64,000 nt of DNA from Macrostomum lignano (lineage: Eukaryota). Where the stretch lies: assembly GCA_002269645.1 (NCBI GenBank), contig NIVC01000620.1:62001-126000 (forward strand). Reading direction: 5' to 3'. Within the stretch, counting starts at the first letter, position 1, and each line of letters starts with the position of its first letter. The translations under genes and the position numbers were made by a program. Below are positions 12,533 through 25,456 of the stretch, piece after piece. The notes beneath the pieces are model-generated. The model did not search any database, was not told the DNA's origin, and worked only from the letters and a program-made list of their open reading frames with translations.

Positions 12533-13264
12533 ATGCGCAATTATCTCTTGACGATGCTCTTGGCTCTGACACTCGGCAGTGCCAACCAGCAGCTGTATGT
12601 CCTCATCAACGGATATCTCTGCATCAACGGCGAGTTTGTTGAGACCTACTCAAGCGAACTCAGCAAAGTCGGCTGCGCCGCTCTGTGCGCCCAAAACCAG
12701 CGCTGTCAGGCGTTCAGCCTGGCTGACGGTCCGTGCCAGCTGTTCGTGTTCGACAAGTGCAGCAAGTCGGTGAGGAGCTGCGGCTGCTCCAAGAGGGGCC
12801 GGGTGTTCGTCAAGCAGCGGCCGGGACTTGAGCCTGGTGCGCTGTGTCCTTCTGGCTACGGCATGGACCTGTGCGGAGTGAAGTACAGGCTGTACTCTGG
12901 CATCGGGACGTGGTGGCCGAGCAGGCAGAAGTGCGAGTCAGAGAGCGGTCTGGTCATCATGGCCGACGTGACCAGCGAGCAGGAGATGAGCCATGTGGAC
13001 TCGATCTACTCGAACTACAGCTCAGGTCAATCTATCTGGCTCGGAGGCCTCCAGCCAGCAGGCAGTGCGGAGCCGGCTGGTGGCTGGTACTGGGTCGGCT
13101 GCAATGACACCGTGGATGCTGCTCTGTGGGCCAACAATGAGCCAAACAATGGGGGTAACGAAAATGTTGCATTAAGATTCCATGGTGTAGCTGGTCTGGC
13201 CGACTGTTCCGAGACATTGCCAGTGTCTACCGTTCTGTGTGAGTGCGTCTCGCCATTCGCCTGA
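12533..13264 (+). CDS. Secreted PAN/Apple-like + C-type lectin domain protein, copy 1 (intact, intronless)
   Basis: Signal-like MRNYLLTMLLALTLGSA. CAALCAQNQRCQAFSLADGPCQLF (PAN-like). CPSGY...W...C...IWLGG...WYW...W.NNEPN...DC...LCE (CTLD with EPN). First ATG at 12533. Confidence 0.85.
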   Translation: MRNYLLTMLLALTLGSANQQLYVLINGYLCINGEFVETYSSELSKVGCAALCAQNQRCQAFSLADGPCQLFVFDKCSKSVRSCGCSKRGRVFVKQRPGLEPGALCPSGYGMDLCGVKYRLYSGIGTWWPSRQKCESESGLVIMADVTSEQEMSHVDSIYSNYSSGQSIWLGGLQPAGSAEPAGGWYWVGCNDTVDAALWANNEPNNGGNENVALRFHGVAGLADCSETLPVSTVLCECVSPFA

Positions 13265-13749
13265 TGCTTGGGTGCCGCGCTGTCACAACTTGCTGATGTC
13301 AACTGCAGAGATCGGTCTTTTGAATAACGCAGATGTTAAAACTTTTGTGTCGAACATGTGATTCACCCTCACTTTTAGCTGAACAACGATATGGATGATA
13401 ATACAGAAATACACAGGAATTCCATCGATTCAAATTACTCGCTGTGTTAGAGCGCGGATGGCAAGCCTTTATGATACATTGTAGTCTCTTTCAATGCTGG
13501 CTTGGTCTTTTGCGCTGTGTTCTGGTATCAAGAGCAACATACGAGTATATTAGCAGGATCTGTTCATGAATGCACAACACTTGACTTGATTTTGTCAAAT
13601 GGGATCTATACTCTCGTATGCTTCAAGTTGTGGTGCACTTTAATTGCTAAAAATTTTCTGCGATAAATAATTTCTCGTTTGAAAATTAATGAATGCTTAT
13701 TAGTAGGGCGAAGCCCCCACTTTCTACAATGAAATGTAAATAAATTTTA

Positions 13750-14420
13750 GTCTATGGCCCACATCGACATTAATATGCACTGTAGTTTTTTGATCCCATA
13801 AAGAGGGAGACAGAAGGTTTAAGAGAGCTGAGTAGAAAGACAGCAGATTTGATTGCTTGCATCTTTCATTTACGCAAACAAAATCGCCATGGCTGACGCA
13901 GAGCCAACTACAGTGGCAGAAGTTCTGCTTCCTCTATTTAAATACGGAGCTATGCCCAATGGTGAGATTTCAGGAGTAACATCCGGCGAGTTCGACTTGA
14001 TTTGCACGTCATTCGATCATGCCCAAGGTCATTAGAAAGTCGAGATGCAGCGAACCGCTATAGATTCTCCGAGAAAAGCTGCTAGAGGCTTTCGCTATCT
14101 TCTTGAGTTTATGAAGAACGTCAGTGAGAAAGCAGGCCTTACTAAGGTGTACACCGACCGCTGCATATGGTAGGTAGTTTGACCTGTACTTTTGCCCACC
14201 ATATTCATGTGTCTCTGTGAACACATTTGAATCTAGACAAATCAGTTGCCAACTTTTCTTGAACTGCAGAGTGCAGAGTAACTAGAGCGTGCCACCTGGA
14301 TGCCTGTGGCCAGACTATCCAGGAGATCTTGCTCATCACTGGGCGAAAGTGTGAGTGAACTGTTAAGCGCTACTTATCGAGGCGACGTGATCGCAGTTTG
14401 TATGGAGCATCTCTGGCTGT
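13750..14420 (+). pseudogene. Second, decayed Crypton-type tyrosine recombinase relic, possibly with an intron
   Basis: FMKNVSEKAGLTKVYTDRCI, then GTAGGT...CAG (14170-14276), then VTRACHLDACGQTIQEILLITGRKCE*TVKRYLSRRRDR, which aligns with the 8479-8922 ORF. Starts with TCTATGGCCCAC, also seen at 7961. Confidence 0.65.
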
Positions 14421-14969
14421 GGATCAGGCGCTGAATCATACAGTTTCCGAAACTAATGTCAATAATAAGATCGTTAAGCTAGCTCGTCCAAAATCCAATC
14501 ACAATAAACGAGGCTACGATGGAGTAATGTGCGGATGTTTATCAAGAGCCTGTCCAGACCGACGGCGCACTACGTGTGCAGGCTGCTCCGTCAAAGAAGA
14601 TGAAAGTGACCATTGACGGCAGTCGCAATCTGATCGATATTCTTTTTGAGAGACGTTTCTGTGTAGGCCTGGTATTAACTGATTAACATACGATTTCTTT
14701 GTTGAACAGTTTTTGATGTTTTTCTAACATAAAAAAATAAAATTTACCCTTTGTTATTGTTTAAATTGCCGTTGCGTGTTAATGTCCAAAATGACATTAA
14801 CACGCATCCCACGCGCGTGTTATTGTCACCAAAAGTGCATAGCAATGAATTTTAACCTGAAACTCGACGAATGAAAAGACCTTAATGTTTGCCACCTTTT
14901 GGTCGTGACAATCGCCAGCCTAATAGATGGGGAGAGGCGCCTCTTTGTAAATCAGGAGCGCTCATCAAG

Positions 14970-15170
14970 AGATGGGGGGCGACCACCAAGAAAGAGGGGG
15001 GCGACCACCAAGAGAGAGGGGGCGACCACCAAGAGAGAGGGGGCGACCACCAAGAAAGAGGGGGGCGACCAGCAAGAGAGAGGGGGGCGACCACCAAGAG
15101 ACAGTGATTGTCTACCAAGAGTCAGGGCGGGGGGGGGGTTGCCTACCAAGAGACAGGAGTACCAAGTAAG
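14970..15170. repeat. G-rich minisatellite (about 21-bp unit GGGGGCGACCACCAAGAGAGA), cassette VNTR copy 1
   Basis: Visible tandem array at the same cassette position as 41968, 45448 and 57885. Confidence 0.9.
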
Positions 15171-16102
15171 AGACACTCGGTGCGACACTAAATGTTCCAA
15201 ATATTGGCACCCTTGCGCCCCTTCCAATTAAAATACCTGAGTATGCCTCTGACTGCAGTTTTCTGCAACTAGTGTTTGAGAGATTCTATCTTCCCCAGCT
15301 GTGGCTCCTCTCTGCTTCGGCAACAGCTGCCTCAACTTCACTGATTTTAGCCGCTACAGCAAGTGACTGACTCGCGTAATGCGCTCCCGCCAAAATGCCA
15401 ATGGGATCCAAAACCAACTCAGCAGTGCTGAGTCGTCTGACGGAAAATTAACCATTAGCATTTTTTTTGTTTTTGAGTCAATTTTAGTATCTTTTTTCTC
15501 ATTCATAAATATGTACTACTGAGATCTGCAGACAATGACACTAACTGACAGGTTGCCTTATATCAAGTGGCTGTCAAAATTGTAACTTATATTTTTATGG
15601 TAAAAAGTCAATGGTCGGCATTTTTAACACCACCAGTTTTGGCGGTGCTGGTTGAAGGGCGCTCCGAGGTAAACCAGCCTCAAAGAAGACAAGCAACGGA
15701 ATACTCGCTCGATAACGTCGGTTTTGGTTGCCAGGTGCGAACCGAGACGCGTTCTGTGCCGTACTTAGTTTTGCTGGCGTAAAATTCATTATAAGACAGA
15801 GGACAGTAAGTAAATTGGCTATTGTTTCTGAGCGAGCTGGTAAGCGCTTGATTTGAGTTTATCAAGCTGAACTGGAGACTAGCTGAGATAAGCTTAGATG
15901 AGATTGGTAATGCGCTACATTTAGCTGCTCCTCTAAAGGAGAAATCTTCAATCTGATGCTCCACAAGCTGGCATATGGTCAATCGAGCACTGAACGACAA
16001 AAATAACTTCCTGTATTCCTAACGCATTTAACGTCCTTTAACCTACGGGTACTTTAGCAAAGACTACTCAAGTAGAAAGACGGGAATTGGATTGCTTAGA
16101 AA

Positions 16103-16298
16103 AGATAGACAGACAGATAGATAGATATATATATATATAGATAGATAGATAGATAGATAGATAGGTAGATATATAGATAGATAGATAGGTAGATATATAG
16201 ATAGATAGATAGATAGATATATAGATAGATAGATAGATAGATAGGCAGATAGATAGATAGTTAGATATATAGATAGATAGATAGATAGGTAGATAGAT
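16103..16298. repeat. (GATA)n microsatellite
   Basis: Directly visible. Abuts the truncated WDR83 exon. Confidence 0.97.
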
Positions 16299-16321
16299 GA
16301 GAATGAGAATTTACGCAACTG

Positions 16322-16722
16322 TGTGCGCCAGCCGCGATGGCCGGTGCATTCTGGCCAGCTGCTCCGATGCCAGACTCCGCCTCATCGACCGGGACACTGG
16401 CGACCTGCTGGCCAGCTACTCGGGTCACAGCGTGGCCGATCTGTCAGTTGAATGCGACGTGTCCGCGGGAGACTCGCTGGTTCTGTCCGGCTCGGCTGGC
16501 GGCTCTGGCGAGCTGATCTGCTGGGATCGGCTCAGCGGCGAGCTGCGGTGCAGGCTGAGGCATCCCGCAGCTGAACCCGCCAGGGCTGGAGTCAGGACTC
16601 AGGCTTCGGTGGTGCAGTCTGTGTCGGCTCATTCGAAACTGTGCAGAGTTCTTACCGCGATGGGCGATGCGGTGTTCTTGTGGGCAGATCCGGCCCATGC
16701 TATCGCTGATGAGCCTCAGTGA
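16322..16722 (+). pseudogene. WDR83: Orphan terminal exon of WDR83/MORG1, copy 1 (5'-truncated, no acceptor)
   Basis: SRDGRCILASCSDARLRLIDRDTGDLLASYSGH...VVQSVSAH...LTAMGDAVFLW matches the WDR83 C-terminus as I recall it (SRDGQCTLVSSLDSTLRLLDKDTGELLGEYKGH...VVQSLAYHP...LTAMGG). No upstream exons in the window. Confidence 0.8.
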
Positions 16723-17219
16723 CCTCTCGTGTCGTCTAGTGAAGTTTTTAATAAACTGCATTTTTCTAGTATATCTGCTGTCTGTGCAGACTGAATTTTT
16801 CCTGTGTTGTAATTTACTGTGCTATTACAAGTGGAGCTATGACGTTTCTCAATAAAAACTAATGATTATCGTTTTCATATTTAGAAAATAACAAGCAAGC
16901 ATTTTTATTCATTTTTAGTATATTTGGATTTAAGGCTGGCTCAGGCTCAGCTGCTTTAGTTTAGGAACTCTCTAAATATATTATTGTTGAAGCAGTATTT
17001 TTAGATTTTGTGTTTTAAACAGGACACAGCAAAGTGGCATAGTGACAAGACTACAAATTGATGAGTGACAAGGCAGCTACAAATCGTTGTTGCTCAGTGC
17101 TACTACAACTTGATATCAGTTACAGGGCTACAACAAATTAGTATTGATGACAAGACTACTATGGATTTGATCCTACTATGGATATTGATATTCATCGATA
17201 TCAATGATATCAATGATAT

Positions 17220-18904
17220 TCATTGATATTCATATTGACCTTCGTCTTCATCTTGATCTTCGTCTTCATATTCATCATTGTATTGAAAGTCATCTCTGTT
17301 CACAAATTGGATTTGCCAGGTTGTCACAGTGACTCGTCTATTCTCCAGCTTTGCCACTTTGTACTGAACACCTGCATCGGAGGACAGGATGTACTGCGGT
17401 GTCTGTGATGTCGGCCACAGTGTGAGTGAAGGTGCGCAGGGAGCCAGTTGAAATTCAGCTGGAACAGAGTTCTCCCCAGCCACGGCATAGGCCTGGTCTT
17501 CTGTGTCAATGCACAAGCCCGGTGTCTGGCATGGTCTCATACCGAACGGCCCCGAGTTGATCAGCTTCTTAGTAATGATGCAGATAGTGAAAACATTCCA
17601 CTTATCAGACAAGAACAGCATCTGATCTCTGACTGACATTTTGCTATCTTCTTTTGCAAGATCACAACCACTGGGTATAGGAAAGGCCAGTTGAACCTTA
17701 CCAGAGTCTTTATCGACTCCCACAATGGCCAAGCTATCATCTTGCTCTTCAATTAGAGCGAACAGCTTGTCGCAGTTTTCAGCAATGCACCACAGCTCCG
17801 TAGCGCCTCGTGCAACTCGGTGATGCAGATTCTTGACTTGAGAGCTCCGCTGAGGTCGGTCACTGTCACCGCTGTCTCCTGAGCGATGAACAGCAGCTGT
17901 CGCTCATTGTCGCAGTGGAGATCTCGGATCGGCTGATCGGCCTCCCAGCTGCACGTGAGGCATCCAACTTCTTTTGCATCATCGGAGAGCAGCAAAATTT
18001 TAAACGCCATGTCTTTTGGGCTTGAACTGCCTTCAGGTATTGACTCTGGGGGCAGTTGGTGGTCTTTATCAGCTTCAGGTTGGACAGCTACAAAGATACT
18101 CGGCTGTGGCAGACAGTCACTGCTATCCTCACTAGCCTCAATCACACCTGACTCGTCAATGACAAAACCTGTGGTGTTGCTGCACACTGTGAGACATACT
18201 GCAGCCGTCAGCATCTCTGCCTCGCTTTTGCTCTCTTCTGCTCGAAGTGAAATCTCTTCATTAATCTGCCTAGAAACGGCAGCAGCATCAAACTGCTCAA
18301 CGAGTTTTCTGAGTAAAACCAACTCAGCTCTCAGTCCGGTCTCAAGCTCTCTTATTCTCGAGTTCAAATCCGGGTAAGCTGCGATTTCGACTGTCTGACT
18401 TTCCTCATTCAGTCTTACCAGATTCGAGTCCAGCTGCAATGTCTTCAGCGATCCCTCCATGCTCCTGTTGATGAGGAAGGCCTGCCTCGTGTTTTTGTCA
18501 TCCTTTGCTCTCTTAAGCTCTTTTTCAAAATCGTCCAGCTCTGAGACAATTAACAGGTGGTCCATAAGTTGGTCATGCTGTTTGGTAACCACAGCAACGA
18601 GCTCACTTTGACACCTGTCCAATGTCTCTCTCAGGTCGGTAAAGGTGTCATCGAGCAGCTGCAGGTCGGATGTGAGTCTCTGCTGCATCAGTCTCATGGG
18701 CTCCTGGTACTTTTTGAAGAGCTGCACTTTCTGTGCTACTCTGGCTTGGGCCTCGTCTACTTCGATGAAGTCTTGCTGCATGTGCAAGTCGCAGAGAGGC
18801 TGGCAGGTTACAGGTGACTCGCCAACAGCAGGACTGCGGCAGAGGCGCACTGAACAGCTTTCTGTCTCCATGACTTTCTCTATACGAGGTGAGGCTTCAG
18901 ACAT
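17220..18904 (-). pseudogene. Gene A copy 2, single 1-nt frameshift near 17808
   Basis: ORFs 17753-18985 and 17220-17732 together cover the full protein. GCGCCTCGTGC here versus GCGCCTTCGTGC in paralogues. First in-frame ATG at 18904. Confidence 0.88.
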
Positions 18905-19649
18905 TAAACTGCTGTATTCGTGTTTGCGTTTTTGTAGCCTGCGTTGTGCACAGCAAAATTTAATGTACTGTAAATTTTTTGACAATTTGTATTTGAAGAC
19001 TGCAGAATAATGTACGCAAACCTAATTTAATGTGCAAACTGCCTTTTACCGTACAGTTTGAATAAAACATTTCGGGTTAGAAAATAAGTGTATTCCCTGG
19101 TAAAATAGACAAACGAAAAAAACGAGTGAGAGAAGGAAATGGAGGCTAGCGTGGCGCAGACCTTTAAGCTTGAGCTGTGTCGCAGTGAATCAGCTTTTTT
19201 TTTGGTTTAATGATTGTAAGAAGTCTATGCACGAATTAATACGGCCTTACGCTCGCATTTAGTGCGAGCTGAAATACATTTAATTTTTTTGCTAAGTGAC
19301 ATTAGAGTTGTTTAGTTAGAAGGATTAGTTAAGAGGACGTAATGGATTGGTATTTTTAGTTATACATGACTCAGAAATTCTAATTATCTTGTTTAGCGCC
19401 ATTAACTCCAGACCGGATTTGTAGTGCTTCTGAAAGATGCTAGCCAGGCTTTTGTTGCTAGACAGTTGCCAACAATCATTCTATGCAATATTCTATGAAG
19501 ACCATGGGATCCCCAAAGTTGCATCTGAAAAGTCGCTTGGGACTAATCTGTATTTATTACTTTTTTCAGTAAATTTCAACCGCTATACGAGTATTTCGAA
19601 ATTGCGTATGCCTGTTAATTTAAGTGAAAACTGTTAGTCATTGACTTTT

Positions 19650-22160
19650 TGCAGCCCGCAAAACCCGTTCTGCGATTGCAACGAGGAGCGACTCAGCACG
19701 GTGAAGCGAGCCCCTGGCGTCTGAGTGGCGGCCGCCAATTCCGGCCCACTTGACGGTGGCTTTTGTGGCATGGAATCAACAGTTCCAGGATCCGCTGACG
19801 CAGCCGCAACAGCATCAGCGATTGCGCCCTCACCATGGGAGAACTCAAACGAGTCATCTCACACCTCGACGTCACCAAAAAAGCCGGCCCCGACGGCATC
19901 GAAGCGGCTTTCTTCAGACACCTGCCGGACTCGTGGCTCACGGCCTGGCTCACGGTCTTTAATCGGTGCTGGTCCCTAGGGCACTGCCCGGGAGTCTGGA
20001 AGAAGGCGGTGATCGTCCCACTTTTGAAAGAGGGCAAAGACCCAGCCAACTGCAGCAGCTTCCGGCCTGTTAGTCTCACTTCCATCTGTGTTAAAATGAT
20101 GGAGCACATTGTGATGGACCGGCTCATGCACTGGATCGAACTCAACAACACGCTGCAACCGTGGCAAGCTGGTTTTCAGAGAGGGCGTAGCTGCAAAGAA
20201 CAAGTGGCGCGTCTGGTCCAGGAAATCAAAGATCACTGGGAACAACGCCCGCCTCGCAAAACGATCGCTGTCACCCTTGACTGCTCCCGCGCCTTCGACC
20301 GGGTCTGGCGTACCCGCCTCCTTGCCCGTCTCATGGATGAGGGAGTCCCGGGTCGCATGGTGCACTGTTTTGCCAGCTTCCTTGAGGGGCGCCAGATTGC
20401 CAGATTGCCAGATTGATTGGCAAATGGAGGCCGCTTAAGGAGAGGGTGCCGCAGGGGGCAGTGTGCTCGCCGGTGCTCTTCCTCCTGTACATCAACGACT
20501 GGGCGGACTCCCTGGTCCCAGATGTCAACTACGCCGGCTTTGCTGACGACCTGGGCGTCTGGGCCTCGGGCAGCAACATCCAGCAGATTGCGGAGCGCCT
20601 TCAACTGGCCATCGATCGCATCGACGCCTGGGCCACAGATCTCCGTATCGATCTCAATCCCCTCAAAACTGAATGCTTTATCTTCTCGAGAGACCGCAGG
20701 GACCGCGACCGTACCCTCAACCTGTGCATCCGAGGCCAGCAACTCCCAACCAGGCAGGAGCTGCGCTAGCTGGGTGTCTGGATCGACAGCGGCCTGCTCT
20801 TCAAGCGGCAGTCCGACGAAGTTGCCGCCAAACTGCGCCGTCGTTGTGCTGTCCTGCGTGCACTGTCGCATCGCGAATTGGGGTGGGACCGCGCCACGCT
20901 TAGGTCGGTGTATAAAGCCGTGGTGGAGTCTGTGGTTTGACATGCGGCTGCAGCCTGGATGCCCCGGCTCTCCCAGACTCGCCCCAATGACCTGGACAGA
21001 GCCCAAAAAGTCGCTCTGAGACTTGTCTCCGGTCTACCAAGCTCGACTCCTAGCGTGGCCATCTACCGTGAGGCCGATTGTGTGCCCATCAGCCTGGAGG
21101 CCAAACGACGAGCGCTGGTCGCCGTCGAAAAGGCGCTCCGGCGGCCCGAGGCAGACCTCTGGAGGTCCAGGTGTGAACTAAGGACCCCCACCCGGCTCAA
21201 AGCCAACCATGGCCTCCGCGAACAAGCCCACTCAGTGCTCAACGAGATCCTCCCACACAGCCGTCTCCCGGGAGCCTGGGTCAGAGCCCCGCCGTGGGAC
21301 ACGCTCAGCGACTCGGACCGGCTGAGGCTCTATCCGCAACTGTGAGACCGCTCCGTAAATCCGACAGTCAGCACACCCGCGATCCGATCATCGCCGACAC
21401 CTTCCGAGAACGCCTGCCCAGTACCTGCTACTTCACGGACGGCTCCGCTTCGGGTGGCACCGCCAACGGCGGCGCCGCCTGGATCCTGTTTGACCAGGAG
21501 ACGGGCACGATCATCCAAGGCGGCCACTCTGCAGCGGGCAGATGGTGCAGCTCCTTCGAAACCGAGCTCCGCGCGCTCCGAGATGCCGTCGTGGATGTCA
21601 TCCAGCAGGACGTTGACACCGCCGCCCTCCTCACCGATAGCCAGGCGGCCGTCAGAGCACTGATAGCCGACCGGCCTACCACTAACGCGCTACTCGAAGA
21701 CCTGAAGGCCCTTCTTCGGCAAGCAGCTGGCCGTTGCGTTCTCACGATCCAGTGGATTCCCGGCCATGCTGGCGTGGCTGGTAACGAGTTCGTCGATCGC
21801 GAGGCCAAAGCCGCAGCTCTTCTGGATCAAGCCCAAGTGGCCATCTCGCTCGAAGCAGCCAAGCGGTTTATCTACCGCCGTCTCGAGTACCTTCCGGACC
21901 TGACAGGCCATCTGAAGGAGATTTATCAAGGACGCATCACGCACCATACCGGGCGCATCACGCCCTGCGATCGATGTCGCCCGAAGACAGAACAGCATTT
22001 GCGATCTCAAAGACCTAGCCGATGCGAACCTGGTGGCGCGGCTCCTGGAGTGGATCGACTGGACCCCGCTCTAGGTGGCTGCACTCCGCACTCAACAACA
22101 ACAGCATCAGCAGTGCCCGCAGCATCACCAGCATCACCAGTATTAGCAGCACCAGTAACA
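19650..22160 (+). mobile_element. 5'-truncated I-group LINE (RT + RNase H), degenerate
   Basis: FRPVSLTS, QAGFQRGRS, VPQGAVCSP, FADD, YFTDGSA, TDSQAAV and IQWIPGHAGVAGNEFVD. Frameshift at a CCAGATTG triplication (about 20392-20415), in-frame stops and a simple-repeat 3' end. Confidence 0.9.
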
Positions 22161-22260
22161 AATTTAAATGTGTAAAATCTTACAGCCGTTCGCTTCGCAC
22201 AAGCTTTGTGAACCATATCGATTCGTAGTAGTCTAGTGGTTTTATTCCTTGCCTTATTGG

Positions 22261-22682
22261 TATAGTATTTGTCATGCTATCTCAGCCTAGAGACATCCAA
22301 ACTCAGCCAGCCCATCTCAACAGTGCGATTTTTTACGTAAGCCAGTCAAGTTTTACCATAGACATGCTTCTTAAGGCCATGCTATCTCAGCCTGGGACAT
22401 GCAATCTCAGCCACTTTTCAGATTCTTACTGACTTTTCTTGCTGCGTTCATTCATTGCTGTTTGTTGCCATTTCATGTCACGTTACAGAAATGATAGCAT
22501 TGAGATCTGTTTGCAATTGAAATCTATATTGGCTGAGATTGCATGTCCCAGGCTGAGATAGCATGGCCTTAAGAAGCATGTCTATGGTAAAACTCGACTA
22601 GCTCGAGCCAAAAAACGCATTGCGGAATGGGGCTGGCTGAGTTTGGATGTCCCTAGGCTGAGATAGCATGACAAAAGCTATA
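22261..22682. mobile_element. Fold-back MITE-like element with about 145-bp inverted arms
   Basis: TTTGTCATGCTATCTCAGCCTAG...CAGCCA (22268-22413) is the reverse complement of 22530-22675. Each arm holds CCATAGAC/GTCTATGG. Superfamily not determined. Confidence 0.8.
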
Positions 22683-22932
22683 GTAGTATTGAACTGATCA
22701 TTGAATTATGACAAATATTGGCTGAATAATTGTATCGCTTTTAATGTACGTTCGCCTCTCTATGTACATCGCTTACTCAATCCCAACTTGCATAAATATA
22801 GCAAGCACTGCCTCACGGGGGCCTTCGTGGATTTTTACACTACCAAACACCGAGCACTTGTATTAATTTGTAGTATACACACATTTTAACAATTTTTTGG
22901 ATATAAGTGAAGTTAATTTTGTCATTAGCCAG

Positions 22933-23562
22933 CTCAGTCCTATAAAAGTGAGTTTGATTTAGTCAGCAGTCGGGGTTTACCATAGACTATAGTTAAGAAA
23001 TGAAATCGATTTAGTCAAGATTCTCTAAATCCATCTTTCGTAACTTTTATTAAGTCAAGGTGAATTTTATTTAGTCGTTATAGCTTCGAGAAGAACACAA
23101 ACACAACACTACAAATTATTGTTACGACGCTTCACTTTTCAATTCAATCAACGATGTCTCCGATGTCTTCCATGGCAATGCAGCGGGGTATGTACCGAAG
23201 GCTCTCACGATGCAAGGCTTCGCAGTGAGGCAGCTGCCATACTGGCCTCCAGTTCACGCTCAAGAAACGGAGAAAAAGGTGATAAAGGCTTGACATTTTG
23301 CTCTGCCTCCATGACTGGTGGATTCCTGTAGGCACGAGCATTGTCAAACATAAGGCAGAACGGCTCATCAACCAATGCAACCAAACTCTGCAAGCCATGA
23401 ACTCTGCCGCCATGATGACTAAATAAAATTCACTTTGACTAAAATCAAGTCATGGAAGGCTTTAAATACGTGGCACTTGACTAAATCGATTTCATTTCTT
23501 AACTATAGTCTATGGTAAACCCCGACTGCTGACTAAATCAAACTCACTTTTCTAGGACTGAG
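22933..23562 (-). mobile_element. Internally deleted Tc1/IS630-like DNA transposon with about 87-bp TIRs
   Basis: CTCAGTCCTATAAAAGTGAG... / ...CTCACTTTTCTAGGACTGAG inverted ends. The internal ORF 23205-23393 has LMFDNARAY...PLSPFSPFLE, like the DDE motif DNAxxH...PPYSPxLNPIE. Confidence 0.7.
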
Positions 23563-24491
23563 CATGGATGAATAATATAACTGGATCGCCAGATACACGA
23601 TTTTTTTGGTCCTAGCCATAGACAAGCACCAGCATCACAAGAAGCTCAGAATGCCGTACTTTCATACATAGACAAATAGCCGCTGCAGAAGCTGCAAACC
23701 TTTATTTATGAAGTATTCAATTTTATGTCCAAGCACATGCTCGCAATATATGCAGGGCGGCAAAAGATGGCTTCGCGAGATGAATAAGGACGTCAGAATT
23801 TGTGCTGCAATCGGATGCCTATCCAAAAGTGGACAAGGCACGAAACCTGTCACCCTTTTTTCTTATCCAATCGGTGATCCGTATCGACTAGCGCAGTGGA
23901 ACAGCAATGTGCAAGCAAAGCCACATTTCAAATTCGGAGCTCGTAAGTTCCTTTGTGAGCTGCACTTCGAACAGCGAGACATGCAGGCTCATGGGAGGAG
24001 CAAGCGACTGATGACTGGCGCAGTTCCGAAGCTTGAGTGGACTAAGCTTGAACCGCAAGAGCTCACTGACTTCCACGATCCAAGCTCTTATGCATACTGG
24101 AGACTGTGAGTTTGAGATGCCGATGCCTGTCAGTTGCAGCGCGGCAACCACACGCACATCAGTTGACCCACCACCAAACACCCGACAGCGCCTGTTGATG
24201 CGGCTGAAGCACAAGAAGCACACGATTAAGACTTTTGGTCCACGCGTTGCAAAATGGAAAAGTACCGAAGCGACCTTAAAACATGTAAAGCAAATGTTGA
24301 CTTCTGAAGGTCTCAAGCTGTTTTCTTTACGACCACGAAATACCACAGGTGGTTTCAATAACCACGTCAAAGACTTGGCCGAGAGAATCAACTTCTGCTC
24401 TCCAAAAGCATATCGAGAGTTCAGAAAATTCATGCACCTCCCTTCGCCATCAACCTTGCGGTCTTGGATTGGAGCAGTGGATGGATATTGA
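23563..24491 (+). mobile_element. 5' part of an autonomous-type P element: TIR, THAP domain and N-terminus of the P transposase
   Basis: TIR CATGGATGAATAATATAA at 23563. THAP CAAIGC...P...W...LCELHF...AVP (23708-24109). FCSPKAYREFRKFMHLPSPSTLRSW (24033-24491). No catalytic core or right TIR found in the window. Confidence 0.88.
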
Positions 24492-25456
24492 AATGTTTTT
24501 AATAATAAAAATTATTAAAAGGTATATTTATGCAACTCGTTTCTTTTTGCATTGTTCTGCTTCAAGGAAGAAATCTAAAAATAAATCATTAAAGCGAAAC
24601 GTTGCCGCACGCTTCTATGGTAAAAACAAAATCGTTAGCCAATGATGTCGACGCACTGATTTCGAGTGCAGCAACGACCTAGTCAGCGTCTATGGTCGTT
24701 GATGCACTCGAAAGTTTGCACTTAAATCAACAGGCATACGAAACTTTTGTAGCGCCACGGAAACTTCGATATGAAAATAGAAATATTGCAAAAATAAAGT
24801 TGAATTCTATGCGACTCTTCAAAAAAACTTTATTCATACGGTAATGGAATTACAATGTCTTAAATGATTTTCGTTTACTATTAAACAACAAAAACTAGGC
24901 TAACATCTTGCCGGACTATTTTGTAATACGAGCTACCGGTATGAAGGTATGCCGATAAATATTGTTACATAAAAAGTATATAGAAGTAAACAACTTAGAA
25001 GAGAAGTAAGGTCACTTTGCACAAAAATTCAATGGTTGATTAGATAGTCGACATCTCAAACCATCTCAAGCTGAGAAAATTCGTGCATAAACACGTTCCA
25101 CTCTTAACGCTCAACAAATTATAACCCGAAAGAAAGCTGCTTCTCTGCAACACAGATGAAGCCTATAGTCAGAGCTATTCTAGCCTCAAATTCCCTCTCT
25201 TATTCGTTTTCGCTTTTGTCTATTTTAGAAGAAAATAAACTCAGTTCTTTCTAACCTAAAATGCTTGAATAAAACCGTACAGTGTAAGGCAGTTTGCACA
25301 TTAGACTCGGTTTGCGTACATTATGCTGCAGTCTTCAAATACGAATTTTCGCAAAATTGAAAGTACATTAACTCTTGATGCGCACAACAACGGCTACAAA
25401 AACGCAACCAAAAGCACAGTTCACTGTGCGAAGCCTCGACTCGTATAAAGATAGCC

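Noticed and set aside
16064-16318. Low-complexity ORFs (IYLS repeats; also ERER/SLSL at 30035-30361, GGRPP at 14882-15231 and 45346-45708, ILIFVF at 30770-31285)
   Set aside because: Translations of microsatellites, VNTRs or the antisense strand of the acidic tail.
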